DNA of 64,000 bases from Tubiluchus corallicola. Lineage: Eukaryota; Animalia; Priapulida. Positions 1-12,999 of the stretch are shown here, piece by piece. The stretch's first letter is position 1, and the number at the start of each line of letters is the position of its first letter. Location of the stretch: assembly GCA_030141605.1 (NCBI GenBank), contig JAQGDQ010000467.1, positions 1-64,000 on the forward strand. The letters are read 5' to 3'. The notes under the pieces are model-generated. The model searched no databases. It had not been told where the DNA came from and saw only the letters and a list, made by a program, of their open reading frames with translations. The position numbers and the translations under genes were made by a program.

Positions 1-353
1 TATAATTGTATAGTCCAGTGACTACATACACACTGGACACTATCTAAAATTAATGGTTGTTGTGAAGCCTGTACAACTCTGCATAGGTCAAGTTCTGTAC
101 CTGTATACTGACTGTGAAACAGGTTTTACTGACTGTTTTTTTGCTTTCTAGTTTTGCTCAATGTTCAGTGCAGCAGTTTTGCTACTCATGTTTTCTGTAG
201 TTTAATAAACACTTTTCTGTTGTGTGCAGTGCAAATATTTATTATAGATTTTTGGTTCTTATTCATACTTCTCTGTACCTAAACTCAATCATAACAAAGT
301 GATTGAACAACAACTTCAAAAATGATTTTCACAGTACCCTTTTTATTTTCCAG

Positions 354-1534
354 GTATCCTACCAGTTGAAAATTTTAACGACAGCTCTATTTTCTGTGAT
401 AATGCTACGACGAGCACTGTCTGCTGCCCAGTGGGCGGCTCTGGTTATTTTATTTATAGGTAATTATGTGTACAATGAACATTCTCAAATCATTTCTCAC
501 TATTTCGATTGCTCAATAAATCTGTCAAACCTGAAAGCCTGATGGACCGTGTGTATGTAAATAATCCGTAATCCAATAATTTTCGCTTAATTTGTAGGTA
601 ATTGTTTGCTCTCCAGATATGCAATATGAATGACATGTAAATTTATCAAACCTGAAATTGTGATCGATTTTTCTGTGTAAATAAATAATCCAATTTTCAC
701 TTAACAACCCCCCCCCCACCACCAGAAATATTTCGTCGTCACAGGAACATTGACAATGGGTATAAACACATCCGGTTCATGAAGACAGAAGAATCGACAC
801 TGTGCTGCTTCCATGATTTCATAATATATATCAGGGATTTGCAAACTGCGGCCCGCGGGTCACTTGCGGCCTGCGAAGAGGCTTGTCAATTTTGCCACAA
901 ATTACTATTTTTTGTAATTTTTTTGTTGATTGATTTTCTAGGTGTTTCATTGGTTCAATTACCTGAACAAAGGCATCAGGGATCCGAAGTCGACCCCTCC
1001 AAGGAAACAAGTACAGTAGACACTGCACCCCATCAAAATCCTTTACTTGGCCTGTTTGCTGTCATCTGCGCCTGTATAATGTCAGGTTTCGCGGGCGTTT
1101 ATTTCGAAAAGATCCTCAAGGGCAGCGATGTGTCCATATGGGTCCGGAACGTCCAGCTGTCCGTCCTTTCTATACCATTCGGTGCTATAGCAATGTACCT
1201 AAAAGACGGGGAAGTCGTCCGGGAACACGGCGTGTTTTTCGGCTACAATTTTGTCGTGTGGTTCGTCGTTTTTGCGCAGGCTCTGGGAGGCCTGCTCGTT
1301 GCCGTGGTGATCAAATATGCCGACAACATCGTGAAGGGGTTTGCCTCGACGGTCGCCATCGTCATCTCCTGCGTCGCGTCCGTTTATTTATTCGATTTTA
1401 GAATCAGCTTCGTGTTTCTTCTGGGCACCACGTTTGTGATAATTTCCATATTTCTGTACGGAATGCCGACAAAGGAACCGAAGGTGAAGAGCACAGAGAC
1501 TCCGACAAAGCAAAGATCACTAGAGGAAACGTGA
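354..1534 (+). CDS. SLC35A2: SLC35A2-like UDP-galactose (nucleotide-sugar) transporter, last two coding exons (354-459, 942-1534)
   Basis: ttttccAG|GTATCC starts [20 protein letters not shown]; phase-1 donor G|GTAAT at 460 joins acceptor ttctAG|GT at 942. Exon 4 has SLC35A motifs [32 protein letters not shown] and a TGA ending at 1534. Confidence 0.9.
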
Positions 1535-1830
1535 AGATCTCTGGCAAACGAATTAGGAAGCGTGGTTTTCGAAGAGGATAGCAGTTGGGTTGTTCCAATT
1601 TGATTTCAGCAGTTTTAGTTGCTTGCGTAATTGATTTGATTTGCTACTGCAGCTAATAATAACAACAGTATTTAATAATACAGTAAGTCCTCTCTTAACA
1701 ACGCTAATGCTTTATAGTTAAAATACCACAACGTTATTAAAGCTTTTAAATAACATAGTTAAAAACCATGTCAAACGTTTCGACAGAGCTACTGTTGTCA
1801 TCGTCAGTGGTAACTTTTACACACAGTTTA

Positions 1831-2004
1831 CAGTCAACCCTCGTTAAACCGGACTAATTGGGGGGGGGATAGTCCGGTTTAGCCGATTGTCCGATTTATC
1901 CGATATGCCTATATATGGTCTATATTATACAGGAATAATCACCTTAATAAGGCCTATATACATTGCACTATATACCACATATACAATGTATATTACTTTA
2001 AAAT
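1831..2004. mobile_element. pogo/Tigger-like MITE, cut at the fold-back junction
   Basis: One TIR at 1831; homology to intact copies ends at TTAAAAT, 1998-2004. Confidence 0.83.
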
Positions 2005-2042
2005 TTTCAACTGGTAGGATACCTGGAAAATAAAAAGGGTAC

Positions 2043-2461
2043 TGTGAAAATCATTTTTGAAGTTGTTGTTCAATCACTTTGTTATGATTGAGTTTAGGTA
2101 CAGAGAAGTATGAATAAGAACCAAAAATCTATAATAAATATTTGCACTGCACACAACAGAAAAGTGTTTATTAAACTACAGAAAACATGAGTAGCAAAAC
2201 TGCTGCACTGAACATTGAGCAAAACTAGAAAGCAAAAAAACAGTCAGTAAAACCTGTTTCACAGTCAGTATACAGGTACAGAACTTGACCTATGCAGAGT
2301 TGTACAGGCTTCACAACAACCATTAATTTTAGATAGTGTCCAGTGTGTATGTAGTCACTGGACTATACAATTATACTGAAGGTAAGTCAGCTGGTAGAAT
2401 GTAACAGGATTAGCACATAGATGGCAGCACCTAATTACAATGTACAATTCCAACTTCCACA
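2043..2461. mobile_element. Solo LTR family 1 (TGTG...CACA, about 400 bp)
   Basis: 5-bp TSD GGTAC. Other copies: 14650-16429 (TSD GTATC, interrupted), 27201-27606, 27771-28164 (TSD AAATC), plus the mirrored partial at 1-333. Confidence 0.8.
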
Positions 2462-2932
2462 GGTACCTTGTAAATATAACACATATATTTTCACATGTAT
2501 ATATATATATATATATATATATAATGTGATATAATAAGTATGCTATCATATATGTGCTTGCATAGCAAAATCGTCCGTAAGTCGGCACTTAAGCTTTTCT
2601 AGTTATTCACAAATCCTGAACATCCCCATTTCATGAGGATCATTTTGATACCAATCTCATCGCTCTATGTTATTTCTAAGCTGAGGTAATCCACGTTGAA
2701 GCTGAAAAGTGCACACTACGAACCGAAAAACGTAACTTTGAGAAAATCTCTATGAAAGTTAGCTCTTTGTCTCGTTTTTATAAAACACTTAGGAACCGTA
2801 CAAATGTCGGTTACTATGGACATTGCAAGAGCACATTGAATTTATGTTCAGTTCCACTAAATGGCCCTTCCCGATGAAGGTCTGGGCTTGGCAAGAGAAA
2901 AAACCCGAAGAAAAATGACTGTTTCCACAAGC

Positions 2933-2989
2933 AAGTAAGTAAGTCAGTAAGTAAGTAAGTAAGTAAGTAAATCAGTAAGTCTGTAAGTC

Positions 2990-3040
<51 letters not shown>

Positions 3041-3113
3041 CAGTCAGTCAGTCAGTCAGTCAGTCAGTCAGTCAGTCAGTCAGTCAGTCAGCCAGCCAGT
3101 CAGTCAGTCAGTC

Positions 3114-3148
<35 letters not shown>

Positions 3149-3355
3149 CAGTAAGTAAGTCTATAAGTTTATCACCATTTTTAAAATAGAAAAATACATA
3201 ACTAAGAGATTTATAAATCTGTACAACATACAATAATATTACAAAGTGCAAAAGTAATTATTGATTAGTGGTGAAAGGGTGGCGAAAGAACTATAACTTA
3301 TCGAGGTCAGCCACCCTCTCAGGATTGTTACTAATATAATTAATTAGTTAAAGTG
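2933..3355 (-). mobile_element. CR1/L2-type LINE 3' tail with expanded (GTAA)n/(GTCA)n microsatellite
   Basis: Stem-loop AGGGTGGCGA...TCAGCCACCCT; near-identical copy at 45288-45497. Confidence 0.65.
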
Positions 3356-3505
3356 CATTAGTAGTTTCTAGCTAGAAAAGTGGGGTCATAAAATTAAATT
3401 TTTAGTATTTCTAAACATTTTCTTCATAATATCATGCTAGAATATAAAAGTTCAATATATTTAGCATTTGTTTAGTGTTTATAAAATGACAACAAGCAAT
3501 ATGAT

Positions 3506-4062
3506 CAGGGTGCACAAGATTATGGATACGTATAAAATAAATAAAATAGCTTATATTATGGATTTTTGAAATTTTATTTTATGGATATCAATAAAATAAG
3601 AAATAGACTATATCTGGAACGAGATGCCCAGGGGGAAATCAATTAAAAAGTAAAAACAGGAGGCTTGAAACGTGTTATTAAACACGCAGGTTTGATTTTA
3701 TCGGTTTCGTTTTAATTTTATCGGCTTCATATCACATCAAATTTAATCAAATTTTACGAGACAATGGCTGGGTTTCTCTCAGTTGTTTTCAGACCGAACT
3801 CCAGCTCATGCTTTGGTTGAAACTTTGCCATCTTGATAACAAAAAAACAAATGTAAAATAGCAAATCCGGAAATGCGCTTTTGTTGGGTTGTTTTCTTTC
3901 TCTTTCTCTCCTTCTAACGTTCGTTTTCAGTATTGCCAATGCTTACAACTCGTTACTTTGTACAAAAAATCACAAAAAAAAATATTTTTTATGGATTTTT
4001 CAAATTTTATTTTATGGATTTTTGGTCTTATTTTATGGATATCCATAATCTTATGCAGCCTG
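3506..4062. mobile_element. hAT-type MITE family B
   Basis: Termini CAGGGTGCACAAGATTATGGATA / TATCCATAATCTTATGCAGCCTG; second copy at 46182-46717. Confidence 0.82.
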
Positions 4063-4160
4063 ACCATGACTGATTCAGAAATGGAGAGATTATTATATGA
4101 CAGTAGCTATTTGAACACGGTAAATATCACTATCAAATACTAAAAACCTCATCGCCATAC

Positions 4161-6259
4161 CTGAAATGTGGCAGCATCTAAATTGGATATTGCCAAATAT
4201 AGCAGGTTGTTCTGCACAAAATATATACAGGAAGGCACTGTGACTTTCAAAGTGTCGAATGGATTCTGGATGATCTTTTCGTGAAGATGAGACGCCCATC
4301 CACCGATGCTCTTCACCTCCACCAAGATTAGAACCAGACATGTGATCAATTTAACTACCTGAAATATAGTAAAGCATTTAGAAACAAGTCCTTTGAGAAT
4401 TTGTCTAGAATGACTGCTGTCTAATTATATCATTTGAACATTTGCTTTTTAATTGTACTTTGGTCGACGAAAATGAAAGATTAGCGCTCGCAAATAGCCT
4501 ACAATTTCAAAACATTAGTAAAATTTATACCTCTCGTGACAAAAACCTGCTAGTTGCTTTCTCTGAGTTAGTTTGTGATTCGTTTTTACAAACTTTAGTA
4601 TAAAATATTGAACTTTTATATTATATCTGTCACTTTTATATTATACAGGTCGTTTTGTGTAAACTGGTACTATTTGATTTTAGTTGTTCTTTTATTGGTA
4701 TATTGATTTATTGGTATTTAAAAGTCTTACGTATATAACAGCTATTTTATTTACAAAGTTTTTTTAACCATACCCTGCAAATAGAGGGTCCCTGTATGTA
4801 TTTTATGTAAATATTTGTATATGCATTCAATCTTAAATTTTAAATAAAGAATAATAATAATAATAATAATAATTATATCCTATGTCAATTTTAAGATCTC
4901 TACTAAATTTTGCTTTATATTTGTATATAGTAGATTTTCATTGAGTCTAATTACATAAGTCTCATATCTAAAATTGGCTGTGCATCAAATATAAAAAATT
5001 TTACTAATGTAATTACAAAAATAATTACATTTTATATAATATATGCATGTACAATTGTACATATTAAGTCTAGTAAAAATATATCTAGCACTCGCATCAT
5101 ATGAAAAGTTAAATAGCTTCCGTGTTGATGCATTATATGCAACTTTGAGTTTGCTAAGATTGTAAGAATAAAAATGTCTCCAAGTGGACATACAATAAAA
5201 AGTAGTGCCGTAAGCATTAAACAATTGTCCCTTCACGTTAACTGAACAGCGAGTAAATTTCATGAGTAATTTATTTGCTCTACCATAGTAAATTGACCAT
5301 TGTCCAAAACAAGGACAGCTGAACAGATTTAGATGCTCTGAAGAAAGATTGATTACATACTCGACTCGACTTAAACAACATAGATACTTGGCATGTGGCA
5401 GCTGATCGGGGAACACGACATCAAATCAGGAAATGTTGCATAACAGAAGCATCTAAGATGATAAAATTCAAATGACATGATAATAGTGCCATCCTCAATG
5501 GAGTCATAAAAATTATACCATTTGTGTAAATCTCTATAGCATATACCTTACTTCAGGGGTGTGCAAATTGCGGCCCGTGGGCCACTTGCAGCCCGCCGAG
5601 AGAATTTGTGCGGCCCGCGAAGAGATTTGTCAACCTAATGAAAGTGTGGCCCGGGCGATTAATTGAGTGTATCCCGCTGAAGTCTGTGCCACGATCCCAA
5701 AGATAGTGCGGGTAGTTTTTTCTACTAGATCGGATGCCATTAACCCTTACAAGACGGTTGTAGCTTAATAACATTGTACTACACAGACTGTGTAATACAC
5801 ATTACTAATATGCATTGTAAAGAAATTACCACTATCTGTCCCGAAAGTAGAAATATATGGTTTGTAATATAAATTTTAAAAACTTCTAAAATAGTTTCTT
5901 GGGTGTAGTAGTAATGATGTACGCAGGTCGGATGCAAAAAAATCGTTATTAGGCCTTTCTGTACTTGGCTCCTTGATCAAACTGCCTGTGGCCCACAGGA
6001 ATTGCGGGAAAGTTTAATGGGGCCCGGCTAGTCAGATAATTTGCACACCCCTGACCTACTTACATACACAATATACATGAAATAAATAGAGCACTAGACT
6101 ATAAGGACTTACTTCACCCATTAGGACAGCAGACGTTGCCAGAAACATATCTCCGGGACGAGTGCGTGCATACCGCATCGTGAGAATAACACAGGCATTC
6201 TGTACGACAAGTAGTACAAGACTTGTGTACTTTAGCATTCGCTGATGCTGAGGCTGCAT
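4161..6259 (-). CDS. SLC35A2: SLC35A2-like transporter, first two coding exons (6113-6259, 4161-4358)
   Basis: Translations [39 protein letters not shown]...MGE and VVKLITC...[25 protein letters not shown], all phase-0 GT/AG junctions. ATFQ continues into VSYQLKIL, as in SLC35A2/Drosophila Ugalt. Joined with the plus-strand exons this gives about 347 aa. The start codon is uncertain because of the upstream tandem array. Confidence 0.88.
5554..6053 (+). mobile_element. hAT (Charlie/Buster-like) MITE family A, about 480 bp
   Basis: TIR CAGGGGTGTGCAAATT; imperfect 8-bp TSD CCTTACTT/ACCTACTT. Seven copies in the window plus a terminal fragment at 832-900. Confidence 0.85.
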
Positions 6260-6636
6260 ACCTGTAAAAATTTCAATGTGCTGATACTTATGTTTCATAC
6301 CTATAAAATTTTCAGTATGCTGATGTTGCAGCTGCATATCTGTAAAAATTTCAATATGCTGATGCTGCAGCTGCATACCTGTAAAAATTTCAATATGCTG
6401 ATGTTGCAGCTGCATATTTGCAAAAATTTCAACATGCTGATGCTGCAGCTGCATACCTGCAAAAATGTCAATATGCTGATCCTGCAACTGCATACCTGTA
6501 AAATTTCAATATGCTGATGTTGTAGCTGCATAATTGCAAAAATGTCAATATGCTGATCCTGCAACTGCATACCTGTAAAAATTTCAGTATGCTGATGTTG
6601 TAGCTGCATAATTGCAAAAATGTCAATATGCTGATG
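6241..6636 (-). repeat. 39-bp minisatellite (10 units, one of 38 bp) spanning the SLC35A2 acceptor and start codon
   Basis: Units start at 6241, 6280, 6319, 6358, 6397, 6436, 6475, 6513, 6552 and 6591. Minus-strand consensus ATATTGAAATTTTTACAG|GTATGCAGCTGCAGCATCAGC. Confidence 0.92.
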
Positions 6637-9539
6637 TAACTAACGAATGGCGATATTCATGTAACAGTGAAAAACTAATGTCGCAAACAGGAAATTAAAG
6701 TTCCATGGAAATAATACTTTCATGTGATTGAAGAAAGAATATTTATCAATATTTTCCCTTCCAATATTTTATACATTGAATCACTTTGACCTATGATTAG
6801 CAACTTTTCTTTTACTTTATTTTGAAGTAAAGTTGACAAATTACAGTACTCGCATCACATTGTAATGTCATAAATTATTCAAATTGTACAAAAATTTGTG
6901 TAAGAATTTCCTCTAGATGGCAAATACCTACAGTACGCTTCTTATCATTAAATCGGCAGTTTGAAAGGTTAACCTCTAGTTTAACCCTTTAATTGCAAGA
7001 TTACACAAAGTGCACAATATAAGTTATACCATTAAACGAAAATATGCGGTGTTAGGAAATAATTGCACGCACCCCCACCCCCAGTGTGCAGAGGAACCGG
7101 AAAACTGATAAAACTATCATGAAGAGGATTTAATTTTGATTGAAGACCATTTGCGTTTGCACAGCAAAAATGTCCCTCAGTCAGCAGTCGACCTTACCCA
7201 CATGTCCTAAATCTATATGATCACTCTACATTATTTCTAAGCTGAGATAATCCAGGTTGAGTTGTGGTGCACTATGCACAACATCTTGAGAAAATTACAA
7301 TTAATACAATTGTTTTTTGGTATGTTTCTACAAAAATGCTTAGCAACTGTGCAAAACGTTGCACTGTTGCCGTTACCGTCAAAGGATAGAGGTTATGCAT
7401 ACAGAGCTTATAAACCTCTCCACTCTTCCTTGTTTACTTTATCAATACTAAAAATACATAATAGGTGGCGACACTGCGATCACAAAGCGAAGCATAGGGT
7501 TTCTTGTTGTCATTGTGGCAACCTGGGGTCTATATATTTTTCAGCATTGTTTTTCCAAAATCTATCAAGACGAGACTTAAACTGGGCAGGATTTGGTGCT
7601 TGTATTACATGGTCCAGGCAGCTTGTTCCACTCATTAATGTAAAGGTACACTGAAATTACATTTAAATCCAGTAGATGGTTCTTCTAGATCAGGATCTGG
7701 GCTTGGCAACAGACAAAAAACCCGAAGCAAAATAACAGCTTCCACAAGCTCCGGCCGGAGTTTGAAAATACAAGTTTTTCACAATTGTAACACCAATTTT
7801 TAAGCAAAGAAGTGGATAAGGGGTTATAGAATTTAATTTTTAGTATTTTTAAAAACAATTTCCTGGTGATTTGATGTTAGAATATGAAAGTAAAATGTAT
7901 TTAGCATTTCTTTTTGTAAAACGACCCAGTTTTTAATTTTGATATTTGATCAGCTTTTAATACACTCCACATTGAAGGATCATAACATCTTTTAACTGCA
8001 CCAACTTATGAACGCACAGGTTTTGGTTTGCGCGCCTTTTATTACCAAGTCTGTAATGATGCATTGATGCATCGTGATGTCTCTTGTTACGATATACATC
8101 TCACCAAAGTACACAAGTGTCGTAATAATCCAAGTAAATTAGCATGTGCTTTACTGCATCCCATAAAAACGACGTGAAGCAATTCAAGCTGCAGCAGTTG
8201 AAAATGTAAGGTATTTAACGTGTAGTAAGCAAATAATGTTGTTTACACAAAAACCTGAGACGTGGTAAAGTGTACAAACAACTGAAAATGCAAAAACAAC
8301 ATCTAAACCTAAAGTATTGATAACCAGAAAATGCAAAAACAACATCTAAACCTAAAGTATTGATATGTTTTGCTTTTCTGCTGACTTACAATGTAGACAA
8401 CAGCCAACACATCACATAAGTGATAAACAGGAATCAAATAGTTTGTTCAGTTATTTAAATATTTAGCAATCCCGAAAACTGTTTACTTGATAACATACAT
8501 AGCACTTTTTATCAATAGCTTCATCTAGTTTTTTTATAAAACCTGCAAACATTAACTCAGGTGTATCGTGATGTCACATCATATCATATCATATCATATC
8601 ATATCATATCATATCATACCATATCATGTAACTTAGGTGTATCATTACAACCCTAATACATTATTGTGGAATACTTAATAGTGAGTGATAATTTATCTAG
8701 GTAACTTGACTATTTCTTGATACATATACTTACATATAGTTAAACCATTTGTGACCTTGAGGAGAAATGGAGACAATGCAAACAATAGCCAACACATTAT
8801 ACAAGTAATAAACAAAAATCAAGCAGTTTTTCAAGCTAGTTTAGCAATTAGCAATCCTAAAACTGCTTATTGATAATTATGCTTAGCATTTATCATCAAC
8901 GACTATATCTAGTTTTCTTTACAAAACCTACAAACATTAACTCAGCTGTATTGTTTGTATCGTGTGGTTAATATCGTGATATGTATCATATATCATATAT
9001 ATTCATATATATGTCAGATGCATCGTTACAGCCCTAATAAAAAGAAATATTATAATGACTAAAATATAAAAAAAATACACATACATCTATACTAGTGATT
9101 ACTTTTACGTAAACCCAAGTAGCAACATTGTTAATCATATATAGTTGTTTCTTTTTACTCCTCCTTGCCCTTGCTGACTGGCAATAAACAAAGTTTAAAT
9201 AAACTAGAAGTATGAACAAACTGCTCAAGGGTGCTCAATGGCTACATCCATTTTGACAGTATTGAGCACATAAAACAGATCAGACACACTCTAATTTTGA
9301 ATATCTCGCCACATTCACCTTTGACATGTTGCACCCAGAAGCATGGCACCAGGTTTTATTGAGACATATCCTTATGTCACTTTTGTGATCTTGACTTTTG
9401 GCCATTTGAACACAACATCGGCAAGTTTGAAAGCCCCATCCACACCTAGCACCAACCAAGTTTGGCGGTTGCAGTATCAGTTTAATTTTTTATGCGGGTA
9501 CAATTAAATGTCCCATCTGAGGTCCAAATAGTGTGGGCA

Positions 9540-10135
9540 TGGACATGATTTAGGTGTATTAATCTCAAACAACCTCAAGTGGAATTCAAATATTGAGCAT
9601 ATTATTTCTCAGGCCAATAGACTCAATTGGAATAATAAAATGCTGCATTTCATCACGTAGTGCAAAAGTTATTGTACCCCTTTATAAAGCTGTAGTTAGG
9701 CCAATACTGGAATATGCGTGCATTGTTTGGTCACCACAGTATGTTACTCTTAAAAATCAGATATTCAACCTGATTGTGTATCTTCTCTTGAACAACGTCG
9801 TGATACTATAGATCTTATTAAGTGTTAGAAAGTCATTAGTGGTAATTCTATTTTGCATAGTGACAAATTTTTTTCTAGCCCACTATGTGATTTACGTGGA
9901 CACAATTCTAAATTATTTGTACATACTGTCGCATTAATATCAGAGCTCATTTCTTCTCTTCTCGTGTTGTGGGCCTTTCAAATTTACTTAATAGCGAAAC
10001 AGTTGACGCATCAAATCTGCAGTAATTTCGCAAGTTGTTGAGAATCGTCAATAACCGTGTTATGGTTACTGGGGTTAGGTCTCTTAGACTTCGCAAGCAG
10101 GCAAGCAAGAGTTGAAAGCAATAACTTAATAAATA
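9540..10135 (+). pseudogene. Degenerate CR1-clade LINE ORF2 3' fragment
   Basis: Frameshifted peptides DLGVLISNNLKW, LYKAVVRPILEYACIVWSP and LRGHNSKL. Confidence 0.78.
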
Positions 10136-10252
10136 CGAATCTGGTATCATACCGGTACTTAGAGCATGTTCAAGTATTTCTGTTAATTTTAACTTCGCTA
10201 GAACTAAAGAGTAGTACTAGTACTCGTAGTTGTAGCATTTAGGCCTACTTAC

Positions 10253-10560
10253 TTGAAATACGAGATGCTTGATTGGGAACTTCACCCAACTTTGGTACAC
10301 GAGCAAAAGTGATCAGCTAACATGAAAATAAAAGAATACCAAATTACAGAAAGTGGCACGACTACTGCCCGGGAGGAAAACCGTCAAAATGTATTCTGAC
10401 ACCGCTTGAAGTCATAATTCTCGATTCTCCACAGAAATCGTTAATATCCTACTTGGGGTGCCCACGTACAACACTGCTTTCCCACAATTCCCTTAGCGGA
10501 AGTGCATTACTTCGGTAGTGGCGTACTCTGCGGCGTAGAAACAACAGTACTCTTTGTTTT
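10253..10560 (-). promoter_or_regulatory. Probable SLC35A2 non-coding first exon and promoter
   Basis: Strong donor CAA|GTAAGT at 10252, local CpG enrichment, and ETS-type CGGAAGTG and TTCCCACAATTCCC motifs near 10480-10505. Inference only. Confidence 0.35.
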
Positions 10561-12138
10561 TGCTTTCTCCGCTTCTTTGATTCATTCCTGTTTTCTTTAC
10601 GAACCACAGTAAAACAATTATACTAAACGTAATGAATTATTTTAAACTGCTCTGGTATTTTCAAAAACGGTACAAATTAATTGTAAAAGCTATTAAATAT
10701 AGCTTTGTTCATGTGCCATTTATAAAAATTACTAATATAATTGTGTTCCAGTTGATTAACAGGCTTCTACAGACATATTTAAATGCCATTTACTAGCAGC
10801 TTAGTTTGTTGTAACTAGTTCACTTCGTTTTTACACTAATGATGACACCAGAGGCATTATGTCTGAAAATTTTGTGTTCTGTTGTCTTAATAAATTTTTA
10901 TAGTGTCCTAGTTTTAAAGTTTATTATAATAAAGCTTATTATGATGGTGTAATTGTGTAGAGGCTATTCAAGAAACCAAATCATCTCTATTTTTTCCTTC
11001 TAACATTAAACAGGAATGAATACGGGTATAAACAAATTTAAACATAAATAGAGTGACAAAGTAATTTGTACATTAAGGTGGAAATAATCAACGAGAAAGG
11101 ATGGCGAATTACCTAGGGTCATCAAGTCGGGTCCCTTCATTTAGGAATAAAATATAGGCAATTTGACAACTGGTTAACATTGTTGATAATTGATGTAAAG
11201 TTGTCTGTTAAATACTTAAACATAATTATCATCTATATACATATATATATATATAATCGCTGATATAAATTTGATGAATTTCTATTATAATAGGCATCTC
11301 ATATCAACATCAATAAAATAATATTTAAAGTGTATTTTACTGTTATACCTTTTGTCATCAATCAAATCAAGTTGTCATATCAAGCTCACGCCCTTTGAAA
11401 CCAGTTTTAAGACAGTTTTGAGTCATACATTGTGCTAAAATTATTCAAGTACACTCTTACTGGATAACCAAACTAAACCAATATCATTTTACAGACTAAC
11501 TGCTATAGCAATTAATGCATATTTCCCAAACTGTTGCACTTTGCTGCAAACTTTCTAAGCAAATGATTGAATTTGCCTAAAAGAGTCAAGAAACAAATTA
11601 TAATAAAAGAATTTGTTTCAGGAATGTTTTTTATTTTTTAAGTGCAAGAACAACAACCTATGAAATAACAGTAAGCAAAGGGAGACAAAACTTCAAGGTT
11701 TTTCGTCACTAGGTCATAAAAATATTTAAATCACTTATAGCAAACAAGTAACAAATCAGCGTGAGCTATAAAATCCATAAACCATTTGGCCTATGTGCAT
11801 GCAACATTGTTAATTTCTGCCCCCGAAATACGTCGTAATGCTTTTACATTACTTTCTATGGAAGGCATAGCCTTACTTAACAACTATCCACTTTACTTAT
11901 CTTGCTGATATTGTCCACGTGAGTTAAAAACTGAACCTGTATTTTTATAAAATGCTGAACTATTAACAGCAAAAATTAAGCATCAAAGGGAAATAGATGC
12001 TTTTCAAAGACGTCTCTACAATCCATGTTCATAGTGGACTGAACACATATAGTGTTTGCCTCAGAAATCTCCTCTTACTAATTGTTGCTTATGCCAAGGG
12101 GGTCAACAATACAGGGAACAGTACAATGATACTGTTAA

Positions 12139-12492
12139 CCCTTTCAGTCCCAAATTACTTTCTTAATAAGAAAAACTTTTTAAAAACACAACAAAAGCAA
12201 AAATTGTGCTTCATTTTGCGACTGCTGATAATTTTTTAAAGTATTTAAGACATTTAGTATGCACGCTATGCTGATCTGTACAAAGTCGTCTCTAACGTAC
12301 TGTACCTTGCGCAGTTCTTTGTGCTAGGTAGATTTTTTAGTTTGCCATTTTATCACCATTTTTAGTCTAACGTTATTGGCTTAAATCAAAATAACTATTA
12401 ACAGATCAAATAACTGTCAGTTTTAAAATTTTATTAATTTTAAAGGCAGAAAATATTCTCGTATCCCACGGGATACAACGGGTATGAAAGGG
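12139..12492. mobile_element. piggyBac-like TTAA MITE
   Basis: TTAA|CCCTTTCA...TGAAAGGG|TTAA; three copies in the window. Confidence 0.83.
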
Positions 12493-12999
12493 TTAAGAGA
12501 ACACTTATTACTACTAGGCATCTTACTGATGTAGCTCAACTGTTCATTAGTGTCTGAAACTGGAAATTACAAACATAACAGTCTATGTCTAGATCAGACA
12601 AACTAAATTGTTGATTTCCCCCATAAACAAGAAGTATAAAATTTCTCCATACGTAATAGTGCTTCTATAAAGTATACAGAGTTCCATAACAAGAAATTAT
12701 GTACTGTATTCCTAATGCTTAACTATTGTCTTCATAGAATCGTTCATGTATTATTAACACAGCTTACGTAGGACAATGTTTGCTTATAAAATGCAATTTA
12801 AATTTCTTTGATTAGATACGAATTTTGACAACAAAACATTTAAAAACACTTACACGAATTACAGACTACAATACATGATAAATACAAATAATATGTAAAT
12901 AATTTACCTACAAGATACTGAACATGTAGTTACACTCATCACTCAACAACAATGTAGCCGTGTGACTACATAATTATGCTTATAAAAACCGAAAGTTGG

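Larger units (their letters stand above)
1..2375. repeat. Fold-back inverted repeat: 1-378 equals the reverse complement of 1998-2375
   Basis: By-eye comparison shows no mismatches, and the coordinate sum is 2376 at both ends, so there is no net indel. The arm includes a solo LTR, the splice acceptor and the first 25 nt of SLC35A2 coding exon 3. The left arm runs off the window edge. Confidence 0.95.

Noticed and set aside
779-941. N-terminal part of the 251-aa ORF
   Set aside because: Intronic, including a MITE end fragment; transporter similarity begins at the acceptor at 941/942.
354-4358. Trans-splicing between opposite strands as the main explanation for SLC35A2
   Set aside because: The identical arms and microhomology junction are explained more simply by a fold-back duplication or artefact, and an intact plus-strand copy may lie left of the window.
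5553-5774. Recurrent small ORFs ([18 protein letters not shown]) as a peptide gene family
   Set aside because: They are chance frames within MITE family A copies, with variable frameshifts and no transposase motifs.
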